A DNA stretch of 52,199 bases from Clostridia bacterium (GTDB lineage Bacteria; Bacillota; Clostridia; Oscillospirales; Acutalibacteraceae), in assembly GCA_024404755.1 (NCBI GenBank), contig JAKSPN010000001.1, positions 1 to 52,199 of the forward strand, given 5' to 3'. Made by a program: the position numbers and the translations under genes. Below, piece after piece: positions 34,269-43,675 of the stretch (the stretch's first letter is position 1; every line of letters begins with the position of its first letter). A model generated the notes under the pieces. It searched no databases. It saw nothing but the letters and a program-made list of their open reading frames with translations, and was not told the origin of the DNA.

Positions 34269-36734
34269 TCAAAGCATACTCGCGGGGTTCACGTCAATAA
34301 ATGCGGTGACGGTTTTGTGTTTCGGGTCTTTGCCGAACGCGGTCAAAAGCGCGCCGAGCATCTCTCTTGTTCGCGCGCGGCTGACCCCTTTCAGCAGTAA
34401 GCGATAACGGTATTTTCCCGCCGCTTTCGCCACCGTGGCGCGGGTCGGGTCAAGCGCAATCAGCGGCACGTCCTGATAGGTCGTGGTCACCGCGGTGCGC
34501 ACCATCGACAAAAATTCGTCGGCGGCTTGTTTTACCGCGCTCTCCCTCTCGCCCACAAAGCCGATTTGGAACAAATCGGAAAACGGCGGGTATTTCATCC
34601 GATAGCGCGATTCGATTTCCGTTTCGAAAAAGGCGGGATAATCCTGCGCCGCCGCAAGCGCAATCACGGGGTTTTCGGGGGTGACGGTTTGGATAACCGC
34701 CAAGCTCTCCGCATCGCGGCGACCGGCTCTGCCGATTACCTGCGTGAGCAGCGAAAACGCCGTTTCGTAGGCGCGGTAATCGTCGCCGTACAGCGCCTGG
34801 TCGGCGGAAAGCACCCCGACAAGCCCCACGTTCGGGAAATCCAGCCCTTTGGCGACCATTTGGGTGCCTACCATAATTCTATATTCGTTCCGCGCAAAGG
34901 CGGCGAATTTTTCTTCGTAAGAAAACCGCGACATGGTGGTATCCGCATCCATCCGCAGTACCGGCACGTCGGGGAACAGTTCCGCGAGTTCATCTTCCAC
35001 CTTCTGGGTGCCCATACCGGCGTAGCGGAGCGTTTCTTCCCCGCACTCGGGACAAGCGGTCAGCCGCGGGCGGTGATACCCGCAGTAGTGACACATCAGT
35101 TGGGCGTTGGCGGCGTGATAGGTCATCGACACCGAGCAAGACGGGCAGGTCAGCACGTGTCCGCAGTTGCGGCAGGACACGAACGTGTGATACCCGCGGC
35201 GGTTCAGAAGCAAAATCACCTGCTTGCCGGCGGCAAGGCAGGCCTCCATCTCCGCTTTGAGCGCATCGCCGATAACACGACCGGATTCATCCGCCCGCAT
35301 ATCCGCCACCTTGACGGTAGGCAAGCGCGCCTCGCCGTAGCGGGACGACAACGTAAAGAGATGGATTTTCCCCTCCTGCGCCCGACGGTAGGTGTCCACC
35401 GACGGCGTAGCGGAGGCAAGCAGCACCAGCGCGTTATTTTTTGCCGCGCGGTATTTGGCAACGTCGCGCGCATGATACCGCGGCGAAGTTTCGGATTTGT
35501 AGGTATGTTCCTGCTCTTCGTCGAACACGATGAGCCCCAAATCGGCAAGCGGCGCAAATACCGCCGAACGCGTTCCCACCACGATTTTGGCATCGCCGCG
35601 GCGAATGCGCTTCCACTCGTCCATCCGTTCGCCGATGGAAAGCCCGCTGTGAAGCACGGCAACGTCCCGCCCGAAACGGCGAACAAAACCATCCAGCACC
35701 TGCGGAGTCAGCGAGATTTCGGGAACGAGTACCAGCGCCCGCTTTCCGCGGGACAACACGTCTTCGATGAGGCGCATATACACCTGCGTTTTTCCGCTTC
35801 CCGTCACGCCGTAAAGCAGCGCGGCGGCGGGTTTTTCCGCCTTGGAAAGTGCGGACAGTCCCTCGAACACGGTGTGTTGTTCTTCGTTGAGTGTCACCGC
35901 TTTTTCGGTTTTTGCGGCGGTTTTTACCGGCGAGCGCAAGCGCTCTTGCTCATAGAATTCCGCCACGCCCTTTTTCACAAGCGCGTTCACCACCGCGGAC
36001 GAAGCCACGGCGAAGTAGGCAATTTCTTTGAGCGTGGCGCATCCCGCCTCCGCCAAAAATTCCACCACCGCTTTTTGCTTTGCGGTCAGTTTCCATTCGA
36101 CCTGCCGTTCGGTGAGTTCCTCCTCCGACACGGCGAGCCGCACCATCCGCACGGTGGCATCGTTCGCCACGCGCTCGGTGGACACGTCCGCCGAAAGCAG
36201 TCCTTTTTTTACGAGTTTTTCGGGAATCGTACACGTTTCCGCAAGCCCGAGCGCCTTAAACAGCGCTCCGCGCTCTAACCCGTCCGCAAACGAGGCCACC
36301 TCGTCAAACACGCGGCGCTCCTCATCCGAAAGCGCGGCGAGCGTTTCGGGCGAAACGTCCTCCGTCACGCGATACAGCGGGGTCACGCGCATAGTCAGTC
36401 CCGGCGGGAGTTGGGTTTTGAGCGCCTCGAACAACGTACAAAACGTATGCTCTTTGAGCCACAACGCCAGCGAAATCATCTCCGCCGAAAACAGCGGTTC
36501 TTCGTCCAACACGGCGGCCACCGGTTTCAATTTCGGCACCGGCTGCTCTTTTTGAACGCTCAAAATCACCGCCTGACGGCGACGGTTGCCGCCGCCGAAC
36601 GGCACCAGCACCCGCAATCCCGGTTGCGGCTCGATTTCCACATTCTGCCACAGATAACTGTACGGCTTATCAAAGTGAAACGCGGCGCCTTCCACCGCCG
36701 CTGTAACAATCGTCGGCAACTGCACCGCTTTCAC
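34269..36734 (-). CDS. priA: primosomal replication restart helicase PriA
   Basis: Walker A GVTGSGKT, DEEQE, and a Cys-rich Zn insertion (CRNCGHVLTCPSCSVSMTYH...CHYCG...CPECG). Confidence 0.92.
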   Translation of the reverse strand: MKAVQLPTIVTAAVEGAAFHFDKPYSYLWQNVEIEPQPGLRVLVPFGGGNRRRQAVILSVQKEQPVPKLKPVAAVLDEEPLFSAEMISLALWLKEHTFCTLFEALKTQLPPGLTMRVTPLYRVTEDVSPETLAALSDEERRVFDEVASFADGLERGALFKALGLAETCTIPEKLVKKGLLSADVSTERVANDATVRMVRLAVSEEELTERQVEWKLTAKQKAVVEFLAEAGCATLKEIAYFAVASSAVVNALVKKGVAEFYEQERLRSPVKTAAKTEKAVTLNEEQHTVFEGLSALSKAEKPAAALLYGVTGSGKTQVYMRLIEDVLSRGKRALVLVPEISLTPQVLDGFVRRFGRDVAVLHSGLSIGERMDEWKRIRRGDAKIVVGTRSAVFAPLADLGLIVFDEEQEHTYKSETSPRYHARDVAKYRAAKNNALVLLASATPSVDTYRRAQEGKIHLFTLSSRYGEARLPTVKVADMRADESGRVIGDALKAEMEACLAAGKQVILLLNRRGYHTFVSCRNCGHVLTCPSCSVSMTYHAANAQLMCHYCGYHRPRLTACPECGEETLRYAGMGTQKVEDELAELFPDVPVLRMDADTTMSRFSYEEKFAAFARNEYRIMVGTQMVAKGLDFPNVGLVGVLSADQALYGDDYRAYETAFSLLTQVIGRAGRRDAESLAVIQTVTPENPVIALAAAQDYPAFFETEIESRYRMKYPPFSDLFQIGFVGERESAVKQAADEFLSMVRTAVTTTYQDVPLIALDPTRATVAKAAGKYRYRLLLKGVSRARTREMLGALLTAFGKDPKHKTVTAFIDVNPASML

Positions 36735-36762
36735 CTCCCGTTTGTTGACCGGTGTATCGTTC

Positions 36763-36963
36763 TCAGTCGTTTTCCGGCATCATGATTTTGTAGTCGCCCT
36801 CGGTCAGGTCGGCGACCGCCAAACTCACCGGTTTTTCGATGAGAATCTGGCTTTCTTCTTCCGCTTTGGAAGCGATTTCGCGGGCACGTTTCGCCACGCC
36901 CACCACTACCGCATAGCGGCTTTTGTTGCCTTTCAATTTTTCAATGTCGGTCGGTCTTAACAT
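36763..36963 (-). CDS. rpoZ: DNA-directed RNA polymerase subunit omega
   Basis: 66 aa, with the SRYAVVVGVAKRAREI motif. It sits in the conserved gmk-rpoZ position. Confidence 0.88.
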   Translation of the reverse strand: MLRPTDIEKLKGNKSRYAVVVGVAKRAREIASKAEEESQILIEKPVSLAVADLTEGDYKIMMPEND

Positions 36964-36996
36964 AGTTGTTTCCTCCTGTGTATATGAAATTTTTGA

Positions 36997-37572
36997 TTAC
37001 GCGTTTTTGATTTCGCTTTCGAGTTCCATAATCTCGATAAGCCGCGCGGCGGCTTTCTCTACCTCGTCGTTGACAACGAGATAGCGATAGAACTCTTTTT
37101 GGGTCAGTTCCCACACCGCACGCTTTAAGCGGCGCTGGATTTTATCTTCCGTTTCCGTTCCGCGGGCACGCAGACGGCGTTCCAATTCTTCAAGCGACGG
37201 CGAAGCGAGGAAAATCGACACCGCATCGGGGCATTTTTCCACGATTTGTTTGCCGCCCTGCACCTCGATTTCCAGCACCACGTCGCGGCCGGCTTCGCGC
37301 TGTTCCTCCACCCACGCTTTGGGCGTTCCGTAGAAGTTGCCGGCATATTCGGCATACTCCAAAAACGCATCCTCGGCGATGGCTTTTGTAAACTCCTCTT
37401 TGGTCACGAAGAAATAATGCACGCCGTCGATTTCGCCGGGGCGCGGGTCGCGGGTCGTCATCGACACGGACACGCAGGCGCTTTTCCGCTGTTCCAACAC
37501 ACGGGCGAGCACCGTGCCTTTGCCGCAACCGGACGGGCCGGACAACACGACCAAAAGTCCTTTTTTGCTCAT
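36997..37572 (-). CDS. gmk: guanylate kinase
   Basis: LSGPSGCGKGT P-loop. Start set at ATG 37572 (MSKKGLLVVL) with GGAGGA RBS. Confidence 0.92.
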   Translation of the reverse strand: MSKKGLLVVLSGPSGCGKGTVLARVLEQRKSACVSVSMTTRDPRPGEIDGVHYFFVTKEEFTKAIAEDAFLEYAEYAGNFYGTPKAWVEEQREAGRDVVLEIEVQGGKQIVEKCPDAVSIFLASPSLEELERRLRARGTETEDKIQRRLKRAVWELTQKEFYRYLVVNDEVEKAAARLIEIMELESEIKNA

Positions 37573-37574
37573 GC

Positions 37575-37826
37575 TTATTCCTCCGTTTCGTCGGCGGCAT
37601 CCGCACGCGCACACAAGGTTTCGGGCGACAGCGCCGACAGCACCACGTGGTCGCTGTCCATAATAATCACCGCACGGGTGCGGCGGCCGTAGGTCGCGTC
37701 AATCAGCATTTTCTGCTCCCGCGCCTCGGTAATCATCCGTTTAATCGGCGCGGAATCGGGGCTGACCACGCCCACCATACGCGGGGCGGCAATCATATTG
37801 CCGAAACCGACGTTTATGAGTTTCAT
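37575..37826 (-). CDS. remA: DUF370 / RemA family regulator
   Basis: [30 protein letters not shown]...[15 protein letters not shown], which is the typical RemA sequence pattern. Confidence 0.88.
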   Translation of the reverse strand: MKLINVGFGNMIAAPRMVGVVSPDSAPIKRMITEAREQKMLIDATYGRRTRAVIIMDSDHVVLSALSPETLCARADAADETEE

Positions 37827-37844
37827 TGCGCGTTCCTCCCCGCT

Positions 37845-38723
37845 TTATTCGATGTTTTGGATTTGTTCGCGGATTTTTTCGAGTTCCGCTTTGATGTCCA
37901 CCACCACGCGCGCAAGTTCCAAATCCTGCGCTTTCGAGCCGGTGGTGTTGGCTTCGCGGTTCATCTCCTGCACGAGGAAATCGAGCTTTCGACCCACCGC
38001 TTCTTTGGAATCCATCAGCTTATGCAGTTGGTCGATATGACTGCGCAGGCGGACGGTTTCCTCCGCCACCGCGATTTTATCGGCAAACAGCGCCGCTTCG
38101 GTCAGCAGACGGCTTTCGTCCACCGTGGCGGTAGACAGCAATTCGCGCATCCGTTTTTCGACTTTTTCCATATGTTCTTTGACCGTTTGGGGATTGCGTT
38201 CTTCCACCACGGCGACCTTTTCGAGGATGAGGTCCGCGCGGGACAGCACGTCGGCTTTGAGTTTTTCGCCCTCCACCTCGCGCATCGCCACAAATTTGTC
38301 GAGCGCTTCTTCCGCCACGGTTTTGACCGCTTCCCACACCGCGTCTTCGTCCAACTCGACGGGACGGGTTTTGAGCACGTCGGGCATTCTGGCGAGCGCC
38401 ATCGTGGAGATGTCATCCCGCAGTTCGTACGTATCGCGCAACTCGGTCAGCGCCGCAAGCGTTGCTTTCGCAACGGCGTGGTCCACCGTCACCTCGGCGG
38501 TGGCATCGCCCGCCGCCTCGATGTAGACGACAACGTCCACCTTGCCGCGGGAAACGCGGGATTGCACGAGCGCTTTCAGTTTATCGTCCAAAAAGTTGTA
38601 GGCGCGCGGCAACCGCGAGCCGTATTCAAAATAGCGGTGGTTGACGGATTTGAGTTCCACCTGAATATTCAGCCCGCCCACCGTCTGTTGACTGCGACCG
38701 AAGCCGGTCATACTTCTGACCAT
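37845..38723 (-). CDS. yicC: YicC/YloC family endoribonuclease (DUF1732)
   Basis: MVRSMTGFGR N-terminus and a C-terminal EMNREANT.GSK motif. Start set at ATG 38723, which has the best RBS spacing. Confidence 0.85.
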   Translation of the reverse strand: MVRSMTGFGRSQQTVGGLNIQVELKSVNHRYFEYGSRLPRAYNFLDDKLKALVQSRVSRGKVDVVVYIEAAGDATAEVTVDHAVAKATLAALTELRDTYELRDDISTMALARMPDVLKTRPVELDEDAVWEAVKTVAEEALDKFVAMREVEGEKLKADVLSRADLILEKVAVVEERNPQTVKEHMEKVEKRMRELLSTATVDESRLLTEAALFADKIAVAEETVRLRSHIDQLHKLMDSKEAVGRKLDFLVQEMNREANTTGSKAQDLELARVVVDIKAELEKIREQIQNIE

Positions 38724-38829
38724 AATCATTCCTGCCTTATACTAAAAAATTTATTTTATATGGGTATTTGTTCTATTATAACGCGGGCAACTGGAAATTA
38801 CAAGCCCTTTTCGCATTTTCCGAGACAAT

Positions 38830-39711
38830 TCAGGGACAAAATCCGTGATTTTCAAGTACCTGCCGCATATCCTCGGGAAGCGACGCCGTAACTTCCACCG
38901 TTTCGCCGGTAATCGGGTGCAAGAATTCCATTTTTCCGCAATGCAGCGCGTGGCGCGGCATCACCGTTTCGTCCGTGCCGTACATCGTGTCGCCCGCAAG
39001 CGGAAATCCGAGCGACGACAAATGCACGCGGATTTGGTGGGTGCGCCCCGTTTCGAGCCACACCCGCAGATACGACAATTCTCCGTCGTGCGCGAGCACC
39101 TCGTAATGGGTCACGCTTTCTTTGCCGCCTTCCCCCACCTCGCGGGTAATGGTGCAGCCCTCTTTCACGCGAATCGGTGCATCCACCGTACCGTTTTCGG
39201 TCATCTCGCCGAGCACGATGGCGCGGTATTCTTTTTTGACGTTACCGGCAAGCGCATACACCACGTGGGGATTTTTGCCCGCAAGCAACAGCCCGCTTGT
39301 GTTGCGGTCCAACCGGTTGACCGGACGAAAACTGTGGGACACGCCGTTTTGCTCGTAATACGCCACCACGCCGTTTGCGAGCGTCGGCTCGGGTTTGCCC
39401 GCCGACGGATGCACCGCCAAATACGGCGGCTTGTTGACAACGAGCAGATACTCGTCTTCGTATACGATATCAAGCGGCATCGGCACGCCCTCGATTTTCA
39501 CCTGTTCTTCCGGCATCGTGAGGGTCACCACCTGCCCCGCTTTTACGCGGTCAATACTGCGCGCGTGCGCGCCGTCTACGACAATGCCGTTTTCGGCGTG
39601 TTTTAACCGCACCACCATCCGCCACGAAAGACCGCAGTCGCGGCGCAGAAAATTCTGTACCGTGTCGCCGTCATACGCGGCGGGTACAACGTATTCGAGT
39701 GTTTTTTCCAC
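38830..39711 (-). CDS. RluA-family 23S rRNA pseudouridine synthase (RluD-like, with S4 domain)
   Basis: Catalytic motif HRLDRNTSGLLL preceded by an S4-like N-terminus. GTG start with AAAGGGGGA RBS. Confidence 0.85.
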   Translation of the reverse strand: MEKTLEYVVPAAYDGDTVQNFLRRDCGLSWRMVVRLKHAENGIVVDGAHARSIDRVKAGQVVTLTMPEEQVKIEGVPMPLDIVYEDEYLLVVNKPPYLAVHPSAGKPEPTLANGVVAYYEQNGVSHSFRPVNRLDRNTSGLLLAGKNPHVVYALAGNVKKEYRAIVLGEMTENGTVDAPIRVKEGCTITREVGEGGKESVTHYEVLAHDGELSYLRVWLETGRTHQIRVHLSSLGFPLAGDTMYGTDETVMPRHALHCGKMEFLHPITGETVEVTASLPEDMRQVLENHGFCP

Positions 39712-39727
39712 AAGGGTTCCCCCTTTC

Positions 39728-39766
39728 TAAAAAGCGATACACGCAGAGGCAACCGCCCCTGCGTGT
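39728..39766 (-). terminator. possible terminator after bioY
   Basis: 8-bp stem ACACGCAG/CTGCGTGT with a 12-nt loop, followed on the minus strand by an interrupted T run. Confidence 0.4.
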
Positions 39767-39771
39767 GACAA

Positions 39772-40305
39772 TCAGTTCAGTTGTTGCAAGCTCTTTTTGA
39801 GCCGCGGAGAAAGCACGGTGGCCGCCGCGATTTTTACCGCATCGAACGGCAAAAACGGCAACACGCACACAGGGAGCGCCGCGAAAAACGACGTCTTCGC
39901 CGTCACCGCATACCACCCGCAGCCGAGCAGATACAAGAGCACCGTGCCGCCGCAAAACGCGCCGCAAAGCGCCAAGCGGGAGTCGGTGCGGTCGGAGGCA
40001 AATCCCGCCGCCGCAACGAGCAGTAGATAGCCCCACAAAAAGCCGCCGGTCGGCCCGATCAGCGTATACAGTCCGCCGTGAAGCCCCGCGAACACCGGCA
40101 CGCCGATGCCGCCGAGCAACAGATAGAGTCCGACGGCGACAAGCCCCCGCTTGCACCCCGCGACCCCGCCGATACAACAAACGGCGAAGGTGGCGAGCGT
40201 AACGGGAACGGCGCCCACCGGCACCATAAACGGACAAATCACGCACAACACCGCGCACAGCACGGCGCAGACGGTCATCTCCCGCACGGAACGGGTCGTT
40301 TTCAT
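39772..40305 (-). CDS. bioY: biotin transporter BioY (ECF S-component type)
   Basis: Hydrophobic ~177-aa protein with BioY-like segments (PVTLATFAV, GGIGVPVFAG, GPTGGFLWGY). ATG 40305 forms an ATGA overlap with the upstream stop. Confidence 0.85.
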   Translation of the reverse strand: MKTTRSVREMTVCAVLCAVLCVICPFMVPVGAVPVTLATFAVCCIGGVAGCKRGLVAVGLYLLLGGIGVPVFAGLHGGLYTLIGPTGGFLWGYLLLVAAAGFASDRTDSRLALCGAFCGGTVLLYLLGCGWYAVTAKTSFFAALPVCVLPFLPFDAVKIAAATVLSPRLKKSLQQLN

Positions 40306-41378
40306 GAAACCGACGCTCCTTTCTCCGACCAAATGACGTGGCGATAATGCCCTTTGGCGGTATCGTCGTAATACCAGGTGTTGTCGGTGGTCACCGCGAC
40401 GTTCGCCACCGTTTTGCCGCCTTTGATAATCGCGTACTGCGTGGCGCTTTGGTTGTTGATGACAATCGACTCGTTGGATTTGGCGCTGTCCGCCGTTTTG
40501 CCGGACACTTCGTTATACACAATCAGCGCGGATTTCGTAAACTCGCTGACCGGCTCGGCAAGCCAATAGTTGCCGAGTTTTCGCCCGATTAAGCGATACA
40601 AAAATCCGGTTTTCTCGCGGTAATAATACTCGCCGTCCGGACCGTGTGCCACCGCGCCGAGCACGTTGCCTTTCGCATCGGTTGCCACGTAAAAGTCGCA
40701 GTCCACGCCGTTGACCAATCCGTTGCCGGATTGTTCCACCGTGCAGGTGCTGCTCTTCGTAAACTCTTTGAGCATCCATTCCGCGATATCCAAAACCGAC
40801 TCGCCGTCCAGCGGCAGGTCGCCGACGGTCAGCGTGCCGTCGTCCATCAGCGTAACGGGAATATAGTCGCCGTATTGGTCTTTGTAGTACCATTGACCGT
40901 CGCTCGACTGGGCAATCTGCTCGGTGTGACCCGCGCCGTCCGACACGGTATACACTTTGCACTTTTCGCCGTTAATCAGCGTTTCGCCGCCTTGTTGTGC
41001 CGCGGCGGGTTGGGTGGGCGCACCCACGCTGTACAGAGCGCTTTCATACGCCTCGGAATCCTCGGTCAAGCCGCCGCGGTCGTCCGCCGCGTGAAGCGCT
41101 TTTGCCACGGCAATCGCCTCATCCTCCACGCTCGCAAACTCCACTTTGGACGTGTCGCCGCTGTCGCTTCCGTTTTCGTTGGATTTTTGACCGGCAGAGG
41201 AATTTTCGCCCCCGTTACCGCCGGACACGTCCGCGCCGGGAGCCGTGCTTACCGCGCCGCTTTGCGACTCCGCGCCGGAGACGGCGGAGGTGTCTTTTCC
41301 TCCGTGTTTTTTACAGCCGGTGCAAAGCAGCAGCGCCGCCACCGCCAGCACGAACAGAATTTTCACAGTACGTTTCAT
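40302..41378 (-). CDS. probable lipoprotein with three internal repeats, function unknown
   Basis: Signal peptide MKRTVKILFVLAVAALLLCTGC and a low-complexity Ser/Gly linker. Three ~90-aa modules follow, each ending in (V/I)NG..C..Y.V.D..G.....A...DG.(W/Y)YY.(D/E)..G.Y. Confidence 0.7.
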   Translation of the reverse strand: MKRTVKILFVLAVAALLLCTGCKKHGGKDTSAVSGAESQSGAVSTAPGADVSGGNGGENSSAGQKSNENGSDSGDTSKVEFASVEDEAIAVAKALHAADDRGGLTEDSEAYESALYSVGAPTQPAAAQQGGETLINGEKCKVYTVSDGAGHTEQIAQSSDGQWYYKDQYGDYIPVTLMDDGTLTVGDLPLDGESVLDIAEWMLKEFTKSSTCTVEQSGNGLVNGVDCDFYVATDAKGNVLGAVAHGPDGEYYYREKTGFLYRLIGRKLGNYWLAEPVSEFTKSALIVYNEVSGKTADSAKSNESIVINNQSATQYAIIKGGKTVANVAVTTDNTWYYDDTAKGHYRHVIWSEKGASVS

Positions 41379-41470
41379 AAAATAGGCACTCCTTGTATTT
41401 TTGTGTCGTCCCTATTATATAAAACTTTGCGCCATAATGCAAGCGATTTACAAAAACTTTCCGCTTTTCG

Positions 41471-41499
41471 TTGAAATTGCCGCAAATTTGTGGTACACT
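41471..41499 (+). promoter_or_regulatory. candidate promoter of the aminopeptidase-pyrR operon
   Basis: TTGAAA, a 17-nt spacer ending in TGG, then TACACT, 30 nt upstream of ATG 41530. Confidence 0.5.
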
Positions 41500-41529
41500 A
41501 ATGAAAAACACGAAAAGGTGTGACGTTTT

Positions 41530-42753
41530 ATGAACAAAACGCAACTGCGCAAATACGCCAAACTCCTCGCCACCATGGGCGGCGGGGTCAAAAAAGGCAT
41601 GGACGTGGTGATTTCCGCCGAGACCGACCAGCCGGAATTTGTGAAACTGCTCGTCGAGGAATGTTACCGCGCCGGCGCGCGCAAAGTCGAGGTGGATTGG
41701 CACTATCAGCCGCTGCAAAAACTGAACGTCCGCCACCAATCGCAAAAAACGCTCGGCACGCTTACCCCGTGGGAAGTGGAAAAACTCAAATACCGCGCAA
41801 AAACCCTGCCGGTGATGATCTATCTTCTCTCCGAAGACCCGGACGGCTTGCGCGGGATGAATCAAGAGAAACAGAGCAAAGCCACGCAGGAACGCTATAA
41901 AATCATCAAACCCATCCGCGACACGATGGAGAACAAATATCCGTGGTGTATCGCCGCCGTGCCGAGCGAGGCGTGGGCGAAAAAACTGTTCCCGCACGAC
42001 CGCAAATCGGTCGCGGTCAACAAGTTGTGGGACGCGATTTTGGCGACCGCGCGGGTCACCGACGACCCCGTCAAGGCGTGGGAGGAACACAACCGCGATT
42101 TGGCGGCGCGCTCGGCGTATCTCAACAGTTTGCACATCAAAAAACTGCACTACAAAGCCAAAAACGGGACGGATTTCACCGTCGGGCTGATGCCGGAAAG
42201 CCGCTTTGCCGGCGGCGAGGAGAAAACCCTCTCCGGCGTGCGGTTTAACCCGAATATGCCGACCGAAGAGGTGTTCACCACCCCGAAACGCGGCGAAGCC
42301 GAAGGCACGGTGGTGGCGACCATGCCGCTTTCCTACCGCGGCGAACTTATCGAGGGATTTTCGATGCGGTTTGAGGGCGGCAAAGTGGTGGAATGCCACG
42401 CCGACAAGAACGAGGAATTGCTCAAACAACTGATTGCGATGGACGACGGCGCCGCCTACCTCGGCGAATGTGCGCTCGTCCCCTACGATTCCCCCATTCG
42501 TAAGTCCGGTATTCTCTTTTACAACACGCTGTTCGACGAAAACGCCGCCTGCCATTTGGCGCTCGGTATGGGCTTCGCCGACTGCGTGGACAATTTCCAA
42601 AACCGCACGCTCGACGAGTGCCACAAACTCGGTGTCAACGACTCGATTATCCACGAAGACTTTATGATCGGCTGTGCCGATTTGTCCATCACCGCCGAAA
42701 CGGAAGACGGCAAGACTGTCCAAATCTTCCAAAACGGCGGCTGGGCGTTTTAA
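41530..42753 (+). CDS. M29-family aminopeptidase (AmpS/PepS-like)
   Basis: 407 aa. N-terminus MNKTQLRKYAKLLATMGGGVKKG and a C-terminal region with HLALG and DFMIG, typical of thermophilic-metalloprotease M29. Confidence 0.8.
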   Translation: MNKTQLRKYAKLLATMGGGVKKGMDVVISAETDQPEFVKLLVEECYRAGARKVEVDWHYQPLQKLNVRHQSQKTLGTLTPWEVEKLKYRAKTLPVMIYLLSEDPDGLRGMNQEKQSKATQERYKIIKPIRDTMENKYPWCIAAVPSEAWAKKLFPHDRKSVAVNKLWDAILATARVTDDPVKAWEEHNRDLAARSAYLNSLHIKKLHYKAKNGTDFTVGLMPESRFAGGEEKTLSGVRFNPNMPTEEVFTTPKRGEAEGTVVATMPLSYRGELIEGFSMRFEGGKVVECHADKNEELLKQLIAMDDGAAYLGECALVPYDSPIRKSGILFYNTLFDENAACHLALGMGFADCVDNFQNRTLDECHKLGVNDSIIHEDFMIGCADLSITAETEDGKTVQIFQNGGWAF

Positions 42754-42765
42754 GGAGGATTCGCT

Positions 42766-43299
42766 ATGCAAAAGAAAGCCCAACTGATGAACGGCGCGGA
42801 TATGGACCGCACGCTCGTGCGCCTTTCGCACCAGATTTTAGAGAAAAACCACGGCACGAACAACCTCTGTTTTATCGGCGTAAAAACCCGCGGCGTGCCG
42901 ATTGCCAAGCGGTTGTCGGACAACATTCGCCGCATTGACGGTGCGGAAGTGCCGGTCGGCGAACTGGATATTACGCTCTACCGCGACGACCTCGATTTGC
43001 AAAAAACCGAGCCGCGCGTCGGCGAAACGAACATCCCCTTTTCGGTTGCCGGCAAAGTCGTCATTCTCGTGGACGACGTGATGTATACGGGTCGCACCGC
43101 CCGCGCCGCGATTGACGCGGTGATGCGGCTTGGTCGCCCCGCCAAAATCCAACTTGCCGTCCTCGTGGACCGTGGCCACCGCGAACTGCCCATCCGCGGC
43201 GACTTCGTCGGGCGCAACATTCCCTCGGCCCGCGAGGAAAAAGTGGTCGTTCACTTAACCGAAACGGACAACGAGAACGACGTGAGCATCTGGGGCTGA
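42766..43299 (+). CDS. pyrR: bifunctional pyrimidine operon regulator / uracil phosphoribosyltransferase PyrR
   Basis: PRTase motif VILVDDVMYTGRTARAA, plus the PyrR-typical ends N-terminal DRTLVRLSHQILEKN and C-terminal LAVLVDRGHRELPI. Confidence 0.9.
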   Translation: MQKKAQLMNGADMDRTLVRLSHQILEKNHGTNNLCFIGVKTRGVPIAKRLSDNIRRIDGAEVPVGELDITLYRDDLDLQKTEPRVGETNIPFSVAGKVVILVDDVMYTGRTARAAIDAVMRLGRPAKIQLAVLVDRGHRELPIRGDFVGRNIPSAREEKVVVHLTETDNENDVSIWG

Positions 43300-43326
43300 C
43301 GAAAAACGCCGAAATATGTGTAAAGC

Positions 43327-43358
43327 AAAACGCCTTGTCGTTTGACAAGGCGTTTTTG
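43327..43358. terminator. bidirectional terminator between pyrR and the GIY-YIG gene
   Basis: AAAACGCCTTGTC-GTTT-GACAAGGCGTTTTT. Confidence 0.8.
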
Positions 43359-43364
43359 TTTTAG

Positions 43365-43622
43365 TTATTTTAGGATGTTATGTGCCGAAGAAATCAGCGC
43401 CACCTTTTCCGGTCGAGACAGTTGCTTGATTTGCGCCTCGCGCCGCATCGCATCGCGCTTTTCTTCGTGTTCCTCGGCGTACACCATCCTAACCGGTCGG
43501 CGGGTTTTCGTATACTTCGCGCCCGTTCCGGCGTTGTGGGCGGCAAGCCGTTTTTCTAAATCGTTGGTCCATCCGGTGTAAAGGGTGTTATCTTTACAGA
43601 GAACCATATACGTATAGTTCAA
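43365..43622 (-). CDS. small GIY-YIG (URI-domain) nuclease family protein
   Basis: (M)NYTYMVLCKDNTLYTGWTNDLEKRLAAHNAGTGAKYTKTRRPVRMVYAEEHEEKRDAMRREAQIKQLSR matches the stand-alone GIY-YIG pattern. Start proposed at TTG 43622, with GAAAGGGGCGGGAAG upstream. Confidence 0.75.
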   Translation of the reverse strand: MNYTYMVLCKDNTLYTGWTNDLEKRLAAHNAGTGAKYTKTRRPVRMVYAEEHEEKRDAMRREAQIKQLSRPEKVALISSAHNILK

Positions 43623-43675
43623 CTTCCCGCCCCTTTCAGCGTTTTTTGCGTGGATTACAGACACAAAGCCCCATC

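Noticed and set aside
41311-42831. 506-aa minus-strand ORF opposite the M29 aminopeptidase
   Set aside because: It has no RBS and a low-complexity Arg/Gly/His/Phe composition. The plus-strand frame carries recognisable M29 sequence and is followed by a coupled pyrR.
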